From: Candidatus Onthovivens sp.
GTDB lineage: Bacteria > Bacillota_I > Bacilli_A > RFN20 > CAG-826
Length of the DNA stretch: 58,452 nt
Reading direction: 5' to 3'
NCBI GenBank assembly: GCA_034087725.1
Contig: JAXDXW010000071.1
Location: 1-58,452, forward strand
This document shows positions 49,495-58,452 of this stretch, piece after piece (position 1 is the stretch's first letter; each line of letters starts with the position of its first letter). The notes under the pieces were generated by a model that was given only the letters and a program-made list of their open reading frames with translations, was not told the DNA's origin and did not search any database. The position numbers and the translations under genes were made by a program.

Positions 49495-50785
49495 GACCAA
49501 CTCTTTTATAAATAAAATCAATATTTCGTAAATAATATTTTTCATCAAAAAGTTCGTCTAAATCGACACTTTTTAAATTTTCAATAATTATTTCATTGCT
49601 TTCAAGTGCATTTCTAAAAGATTCAAACTCACCATTTAAAGTCCTTAAAGCAAGAGACTGAACAAGGTCATAAGATTCCTCTCTTGAAAGACCTTTTTCA
49701 ACCAATCTTGTTAATATTCTTTGAGAAAAAACTACTCCTTTTGTCAAATAAATATTTTTATGAATATTTTCTTCATGAACATCTAAATTTTGCATTGTTT
49801 TTGTCATTCTTCTAACAATGTACGATGTCAATTCTATTGCATCTGGGAAAATAATTCTCTCACTAGAGGAATGTGATATGTCTCTTTCGTGATATAAAGG
49901 AATATTGTCATAACTGCCAAATGCATAAGATCTTATAACTCGTGCTAATCCGCACATATTTTCAAAACTTATAGGATTACGTTTATGAGGCATTGCACTA
50001 CTACCTTTTTGTGAAGAAGAAAAACCTTCAGATACTTCAAAAATTTCATTCCTAGAAAGATTTCTAAACTCAACACACATGTTCTCGATTGATGTTGCAA
50101 TTAAAGCTAGTGAATTCAAATAATTTGTATGATTATCCCTAGAAATTACTTGAGTTGCAATTAAAGGAGTTTTTAAATTAAATTTCTTTGCAACAATCTC
50201 TTCAACATCTTTGGAAGCGAAAGCAAAATTACCAACTGCACCTTCTAATTTTACTAAACAAAGTTCGTCCTTTGCTAATAATAGTCTTTTTAAATTTCGC
50301 TTAATTTCATCAAAAAACCTTGCAAATCTCAATCCAAATGATGAAATTTCAGCATGCATACCATGAGTCCTAGCAATGCAAGGAGTGTCTTTATATCTTA
50401 AAGCAAGAGCCTCTAAAGTGAGCAGTAAATCGCATAAATCACTTTTTAGAATTGAAGTTGCATCATTATAAATTATTGACATGGCTGTATCTACAACATC
50501 TGTGGATGTTAAACCATAATGAAACCAGCGTTTTTCTTCACCTAATTCTTCGTCAATTGAACGTGTAAATGAAATAACATCATGCTTATATTGTTTTTCC
50601 AATTCATTAATTCTATCAACGTTCACATGCGCCTTACTCTTAATAGAATCAACATCTTCTTTTGGAACAATTCCAAGCTCAGAATAAGCTTCCAAATTCG
50701 CTATTTCAACATCTAAAAAAGTTTTATAACGTCTTTCCAGTGTAAATAGTTCATCTATTTCTTTAACTTCGTATCTTTCTATCAT
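49487..50785 (-). CDS. purB: Adenylosuccinate lyase
   Basis: Motifs MIERY, HDVISF, HYGLTSTD, RTHGMHAE, GSSAMPHKRNP and ERDISHSS. Confidence 0.97.
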   Translation of the reverse strand: MIERYEVKEIDELFTLERRYKTFLDVEIANLEAYSELGIVPKEDVDSIKSKAHVNVDRINELEKQYKHDVISFTRSIDEELGEEKRWFHYGLTSTDVVDTAMSIIYNDATSILKSDLCDLLLTLEALALRYKDTPCIARTHGMHAEISSFGLRFARFFDEIKRNLKRLLLAKDELCLVKLEGAVGNFAFASKDVEEIVAKKFNLKTPLIATQVISRDNHTNYLNSLALIATSIENMCVEFRNLSRNEIFEVSEGFSSSQKGSSAMPHKRNPISFENMCGLARVIRSYAFGSYDNIPLYHERDISHSSSERIIFPDAIELTSYIVRRMTKTMQNLDVHEENIHKNIYLTKGVVFSQRILTRLVEKGLSREESYDLVQSLALRTLNGEFESFRNALESNEIIIENLKSVDLDELFDEKYYLRNIDFIYKRVGLI

Positions 50786-50788
50786 ATT

Positions 50789-53468
<2,680 letters not shown>

Positions 53469-53637
53469 ACAAAAACTCCTTCAATTTTGGCTTCAATTCA
53501 CATAGTTATATTTATAAATAAATATCTTTTCTTTAATCACTAAAACATTATAATACAAAATGCGTTTTAATACTTATTAAATTTAATTAAATAATTTTTT
53601 ATAAATAAAAGAAATTATTAATTAAAAAGCTTTAAAA

Positions 53638-54915
53638 CTACTGTTTATTTATGTGTTTTTCAAAATATAAATCGTATATTGCTTCAGTTGCGAAATGAAT
53701 TTTTGTTAAAGCTAATTTATTATTAATAAGCCACCCAAAATATGTTTCACTATTTGAAGAAAAATCTATAGCTGAGCCGGCATTTTTCTTATCTTTTTTA
53801 TCTTTTTCATTAAATTCAATATGTACACTAGGTAATAATTCAACAGGTCTATCAAAAGAGAAATCACTGCCATCAGCTAATTTACCTCTAAGATGCATTC
53901 CATCATAATCGTGAATAAAATGCATTTTGCCAAGACTTTTCCATCCAACAGATGGTTTAAATAATTTTTTAAGTATTACATCATCTTCGAAATGATATTG
54001 GCCACTTCTAACTTCTTTAATAACTTCCTCTTTTTCCCAAAGATACCATTCAGGAATAGAACTAAATTTAGTTTCACCCTGTAGATTGTGAAGAATTCCA
54101 TCCTCATCCAATTCGTATGTTGTATGACAATGATTGCAGGTAATAGTTGTGCCTTTTCCTATCATTTCATACTCCGTACCACAATGAGGGCACTTGTATA
54201 AAATCTTATGTGAATTATTCATTCTATTTTTATCTTTAACCTTGAATCCGTTTTCTTTTTGAAACTCATAATCATTGTAATAGAAATTATCTTCAATTCT
54301 TTTTTGAATTTCTTCTGCCGAAAGTTTCTCTACATCTTCCATAGAAACCAAAACTTTAACATCGCTAGTAAGTTTCGTTTTTCTTTGAGGGTGTTTATCC
54401 CGTTGAGGAGATTGTATAAAATTGCCGTGATTCATCTGCAGCACAACTGGTACTTTAACTTTTTTAATTAGTTTGCCTAATGCTTTATCAATCTTTTCAT
54501 TAATGCCAGCTAAAGAGAAGCGAACTTCCGGATAAATACACAAGACCTTTTTGTTTTTAATAACATTTATCATGTGTCTAACGTTAGTTATATCAGGAAT
54601 AAATTTTCTTTTTGGATAGCAACCTAAGGTTCTCATAACGCCTTCGCCGATATTATAAAATTCTTCTATTGAAACAACCCAACACATCTTTCTATATTTA
54701 AAGGCAACAAATTGGTTGATAAAATCGGTAAATGAAGCATGATTTGCTAAAACAATAAAAGGTCCTTTTAATTTTCTAACATCGTCATCAATATTGATTT
54801 TTAATCTATACCAAAAAGCAATAATTCTAGAAAGAACATTAGCAACACAATAAAGTGGGGTAACATGCATTTGCGGTGCTTTATTAATATCAATTTCTTT
54901 AAAATTCATTTCCAT
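53638..54915 (-). CDS. Lysophospholipid acyltransferase family protein (PlsC-like) with C-terminal Zn-ribbon
   Basis: LANHASFTD (HxxxxD), IYPEVR, and CPHC...CNHC. CGG at 54400-54402 in SPQ(W). Confidence 0.8.
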   Translation of the reverse strand: MEMNFKEIDINKAPQMHVTPLYCVANVLSRIIAFWYRLKINIDDDVRKLKGPFIVLANHASFTDFINQFVAFKYRKMCWVVSIEEFYNIGEGVMRTLGCYPKRKFIPDITNVRHMINVIKNKKVLCIYPEVRFSLAGINEKIDKALGKLIKKVKVPVVLQMNHGNFIQSPQRDKHPQRKTKLTSDVKVLVSMEDVEKLSAEEIQKRIEDNFYYNDYEFQKENGFKVKDKNRMNNSHKILYKCPHCGTEYEMIGKGTTITCNHCHTTYELDEDGILHNLQGETKFSSIPEWYLWEKEEVIKEVRSGQYHFEDDVILKKLFKPSVGWKSLGKMHFIHDYDGMHLRGKLADGSDFSFDRPVELLPSVHIEFNEKDKKDKKNAGSAIDFSSNSETYFGWLINNKLALTKIHFATEAIYDLYFEKHINKQ

Positions 54916-55229
54916 AAAAATTCCTCTAAACAAAATGTAACATTTGACAAAAATTTATTACATTTTATCATTTTAAAAGTATATAAAAATATTTTTTTCC
55001 AAAAATAGTCATACTAACACTTTAAAATCCTATTTTTTTATGAATAAATAATATAAAAAAATTATCTTAATCATTTTTGTATAAATTTAAAAAATACTTT
55101 ATTTTTCAAAAAACCTTGCAAAACTCAATTATTTTTTTAATTTTTCTTCATTCATCATCAAATATACTAAGTTATCTAGGCGGCAATGTATTTAAAAAAA
55201 TAAATAGCTCTTCGTTATTTAAAATAATG

Positions 55230-55265
55230 TTATTTTGTTTGCAAAGAATTTTTATTAATCAGCAT
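55230..55265 (-). pseudogene. AbiEii toxin N-terminal remnant
   Basis: MLINKNSLQTK* directly follows the AbiEi remnant and resembles AbiEii N-termini; stops after 11 codons. Confidence 0.45.
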
Positions 55266-55530
55266 TAAGAATAACCCAATTTGATTTAGAATTTCTTCCT
55301 CAATTTTCATTATTTTTGCATATTCTATTAGTTTATTTACACCTTTGTATTTTGACTTTCTGTATATATTTAGTACCTTTACATACACTTCAAATTCAAT
55401 CTTATCTTTGTTTCTAATAAGATTACATATAGTTTTTTCTTTATCATATACTTTAACTATATTTCCTAAATGAGTACTTACTTCAATTATTCCAAGATTA
55501 TATGACTTACTAACTGTATCAGTATGAGTA
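55266..55530 (-). pseudogene. AbiEi-type antitoxin (type IV TA) C-terminal remnant, frameshifted
   Basis: Manual translation gives YNLGIIEVSTHLGNIVKVYDKEKTICNLIRNKDKI, then after a shift VNKLIEYAKIMKIEE. The 5' part is cut off by an IS end. Confidence 0.7.
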
Positions 55531-55532
55531 AA

Positions 55533-55820
55533 TAGGGAGTCCGGACATTTTTTCGTACCATTTTAGAGGCTGACTCTAGAACAATATTCAGTTGGACTTA
55601 AATATCCTAACCTTTCATTTATTCTCTTTGTTTTAAACCAAGTTAAATACTTGTCTAATTCTTTTATGAACTCTTCTCTTATAACATTGTTCCAGTCATG
55701 ATTATGGAAGAATTCTCTTTTTAATATTCCGAAGAATCCTTCACATGCTGCATTATCTGGAGAATATCCTTTTCTAGACATAAATCTTCTATACCGTATT
55801 CTTCCATTATGTATCATCTA
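55533..55820 (-). mobile_element. IS3-family (IS150-like) transposase 3' fragment with probable right end
   Basis: MSRKGYSPDNAACEGFFGILKREFF...RINERLGYLSPTEY is the integrase-core C-terminus. A GC-rich end (TAGGGAGTCCGGAC) abuts the AbiEi remnant. Confidence 0.85.
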
Positions 55821-55871
55821 AGTTTTAAGATACAATTCACACTAAATTAAATAACTTCTTATTGAGTGTGT

Positions 55872-55896
55872 ACTTATCAAATCACGATTTATCGAG
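55872..55896 (+). repeat. hsdS cassette junction repeat, copy 1 (ACTTATCAAATCACGATTTATCGAG)
   Basis: 25-bp direct repeat with 56371-56395 (1 mismatch); encodes LIKSRF[IV]E; followed by an AGGAGG RBS. Confidence 0.85.
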
Positions 55897-55910
55897 CAGG
55901 AGGATAGATT

Positions 55911-56717
55911 ATGTTAATAAATGAATTATTTGATTTTTTGCCAAAATCTAATCGACCAACTTCTTTTGAAAAAGTTACAGGGAAATATCCATTTTTCAAT
56001 TCTACCAATACAATAGATAAATTTGTTGATCAACCAGATTATTCTGGTGAATTTTTGATTATAGGTGATGGAGGCGCCGGTAATTGTAAATATTATAATG
56101 GCGAGTTTTCAGCAACTGATCATACATATCTATTAAAGCTAAAAGAAGGCGTAAATTGTAAACTAATCAAATATTTTCTAGAAAAAGACAATTTTAAAAT
56201 ATTAAACGATGGATTTAAGGGTGTAGGAATTAAAAACGTTAGTAAATCATATATTCAAAACATTGATTTTAAGAAAAACGGAAATTTTCAGACAAAGAAA
56301 TACTATTTTCGTTAGATTCCATTAATACTTTAATAAGTCAGAATAAAAAACAACTAAAATTATTAGATGAACTTATCAAATCACGATTTGTCGAGATGTT
56401 CGGTGATGTTTTAAAAAAATGATAAGGGATTTGATACCTGCTTATTTGGTGATTATGTAAATCAAATGAACATTGGCCCTTTTGGTAGTGATTTAAAAAA
56501 AGATTGCTTTGTCTCAAAAGAAAATGGTTATTGTATGGTTTATGAACAAAAACACGCAATTGATAAAGATATGACTGTTGAAGCAAGGCATGTTACAAAA
56601 GAAAAATATGAAAAAATGAAGAGATTTGATATTGGGCCTGGTGACATAATAGTTAGCTGTAGAGGAACAATAGGTGAGTGTTTTATTCTTCCGAGTGATG
56701 CGGCGCCTCATGTTTGA
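55911..56717 (+). pseudogene. hsdS: Type I restriction-modification specificity subunit (HsdS), frameshifted and truncated
   Basis: TRD1 (GKYPFF...IIGDGG...SATDHTY...GVGIKNVSK), conserved spacer LDELIKSRFVEMFGD, and TRD2 (GPFGSDL...GDIIVSCRGTIG). Frameshifts near 56290-56305 and in an A7 run near 56415. Confidence 0.85.
56371..56395 (+). repeat. hsdS cassette junction repeat, copy 2
   Basis: ACTTATCAAATCACGATTTGTCGAG. Confidence 0.85.
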
Positions 56718-56781
56718 ATTTTTGTTACATCTATGCCAACGCATGATAAAATATTTATGTCAATCTTGACACACCTCCTTA
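56702..56781 (-). mobile_element. IS110-family transposase 5' remnant
   Basis: An AAGGAGGTG RBS is followed by INILSCVGIDVTK and, after a 1-nt shift, FKHEA. This matches the IS110 N-terminal GIDVxKxKH motif but is only about 20 codons. Confidence 0.5.
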
Positions 56782-56828
56782 TTTTTCCCATTAATATTTT
56801 AGGAGGTTTTTTAATTAAAAAACGATTA

Positions 56829-56918
56829 TTTTTCACGGGGTATTTTTCAATTTTCCTAATAAAAAAAGAGGTATTTTTTCAAATACCCCGGAAAAACCCC
56901 GGAAAAAAACGGAGAATC
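56829..56918. repeat. Quasi-palindromic element (copy 2), left end eroded
   Basis: 88 of 90 nt identical to 22718-22807; lies 49 nt from the tRNA-Pro 3' end. Confidence 0.9.
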
Positions 56919-56967
56919 CCAAGAAAAAAGGCAATACAACTTAATGTATCACATAACTTGTTAAAGA

Positions 56968-57044
56968 TGGTCGGGGCGACTGGATTTGAACCAGCGGCCT
57001 TCAGTTCCCAAAACTGACGCGATACCAAGCTACGCTACGCCCCG
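56968..57044 (-). tRNA. tRNA-Pro (UGG)
   Basis: Acceptor stem CGGGGCG/CGCCCCG, anticodon arm TCAGT-ttTGGga-ACTGA, TTCAAAT T-loop, ACCA end. Confidence 0.96.
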
Positions 57045-57249
57045 TGCAACAAATATTTAAACACAATATTTAAAAAAATGCAAATAATTTTAATCAATAA
57101 TATAAAATTCTATTAACTAATACATGAGAAATATATTTTAATCTAGCTTGTAAAGTAAAAAATTAAGAAGAATATTAAAAAAGAAACTAAAAAGAAAACA
57201 AAAAAGCCTATTAGGTAGTAGTACCATTTTAAATCAGTTAAAAATTTCC

Positions 57250-58452
57250 TCATAGCTCTAAGTCTCCAAAAGAAGATGAATAGTCTACTTTATCAGAAAA
57301 TGTTGGCAGAGCTTTTTCTACAAAAGTAAATGTTGTTTTGCCTTTTCCGATCGTATTGACTTTCAACAGTGCTTGAACATCATAATTTTCTCTAGTTATA
57401 TATGCTACAGGGATAAATTCTCTATTTAATTTAATTTTTATAGCTAATTGATTATATATTGGCAATGCAGATTGCTTAGCAATCGAAGGTGCTCCATCAA
57501 AATTAGTTGTAGTGTACATGTATTTTGCGTGATTATAAGAAGCATTAGCATCTAAAACAATCGTCAAATAATAAAAATTATCTATTAATTCAAGCTGATT
57601 ATTAAATGTTTCATTATCGATAGTCACTTTTTCATCAACAACATATGAATTATAAAAAAGATAATCGATCGGGTCAAAAGGATAAGATCCAAACTTCAAT
57701 ATAAAATCTTTTTTGTCGTATTTTTTTCCACTATTTTCATCAAAATGTGCAATATCGACTGATGGGACATTTTCCTTTCCGCTAGTTATAAAATAATTAA
57801 TGCTACCAGGCTCAGAATACATTCTCTCTGCCATTTGAATGTTGTTACTAAAAGTAATGTTTTCTTTAAAATACCCTAAGGAGTTTTTATATGTTGTCGT
57901 ATTGGTGTGCTGAAGATTTGAAAATGTTATGGAATTAGCGAAATTATAGCCTTTTGAAACATAAGCAGTAATAGAACTTAATCTAGAGAAACTGATTCTT
58001 GCTAAAGACCCATAACCAAATTTATTGATGACTTCTTCCTTTGAAAAATCGATGCTAGTAATATCTTTCCCTTCTATATATGAATTAAATTCATCAATTG
58101 CATAATCAACAGAATTTCCTTCCTTAATAAAACTACAAAACACGCTATTTTTAAGAAAAAGCGTCTTAAACTCAAATATTTTTTTTAAATTTAGGCTAAC
58201 GTAGTACTCTTCATTAATAACAATTGAATCCAAAATATAACCTTCATTAGCTCTTGGATAAATAGAAACATAGAAATTTTTTAATTGCTTATTTTGACTA
58301 AGTGAGACACTTCCGTTAATGATGGAAGAATCTATTTCAATTGAGCAACCTGTTTTATTAGGGTCTCTTGGAACATAAAAAATTTCAACTAAATTCTCTC
58401 CTTCTTTTGCAGGGAATGAAAAATAATTGTCTGAATTAGTAAGATATTTCTT
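57250..58452 (-). CDS. Hypothetical protein, probably surface/secreted; 5' end outside the window
   Basis: The frame stays open from the window end to the stop at 57250, so the track start at 58233 is internal. PRANEGYILDSIVIN resembles InlB B-repeat-like domains. Confidence 0.6.
   Translation of the reverse strand, partial: KKYLTNSDNYFSFPAKEGENLVEIFYVPRDPNKTGCSIEIDSSIINGSVSLSQNKQLKNFYVSIYPRANEGYILDSIVINEEYYVSLNLKKIFEFKTLFLKNSVFCSFIKEGNSVDYAIDEFNSYIEGKDITSIDFSKEEVINKFGYGSLARISFSRLSSITAYVSKGYNFANSITFSNLQHTNTTTYKNSLGYFKENITFSNNIQMAERMYSEPGSINYFITSGKENVPSVDIAHFDENSGKKYDKKDFILKFGSYPFDPIDYLFYNSYVVDEKVTIDNETFNNQLELIDNFYYLTIVLDANASYNHAKYMYTTTNFDGAPSIAKQSALPIYNQLAIKIKLNREFIPVAYITRENYDVQALLKVNTIGKGKTTFTFVEKALPTFSDKVDYSSSFGDLEL

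Noticed and set aside
55792-55796. CGG apparently encoding Arg in the IS3 fragment ORF
   Set aside because: That stretch precedes a frameshift. The real transposase frame reads IMEEYGI, so the CGG is out of frame.
56733-57017. 94-aa ORF across the repeat and tRNA-Pro
   Set aside because: It is the antisense reading of the tRNA plus the non-coding repeat.

Overview
A 58.5-kb, very AT-rich chromosomal window from a reduced-genome Bacilli/Mollicutes-like bacterium. Bacillus-like gene order (ezrA-iscS-thiI; ytpR-M42 peptidase-trmB-pepV; uvrA-lgt-HAD) and salvage-type metabolism suggest an uncultured gut lineage such as RFN20, which is inference. Nearly all genes are housekeeping genes on the minus strand: PPTase (partial), xanthine/uracil permease, fucO, lgt, uvrA, PFOR, potABCD, argS, a flippase with rfbB, infC-rpmI-rplT, thiI/iscS/ezrA, NAPRTase, panT-coaX, tex, leuS with a T-box, glgCDA, purAB and a PlsC-like acyltransferase. 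There are three tRNA genes (Cys-GCA, Arg-UCU, Pro-UGG). Main results: (1) The organism appears to use a non-standard genetic code. I found 16 in-frame CGG codons by eye; about ten sit at conserved Trp positions (LeuRS, PurA, PotD, GlgC, RfbB, PepV) and none at a conserved Arg. CGA and AGG remain Arg, and TGA remains stop. (2) A Wadjet/MksBEF-type SMC trio (JetABC) has no adjacent JetD nuclease and is embedded in a housekeeping operon with glgCDA. (3) A ~100-bp quasi-palindromic element built from AAATACCCCG repeats sits just 3' of two different tRNA genes 34 kb apart. (4) A 14-bp motif, AAAACCCTGCAAAA, is strongly over-represented and mostly intergenic. (5) A decayed defence island at tRNA-Pro holds AbiE toxin-antitoxin remnants, an IS3 fragment, repeat-bounded hsdS cassettes and an IS110-like 5' remnant. 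All calls were made by reading the sequence; no database searches were run.
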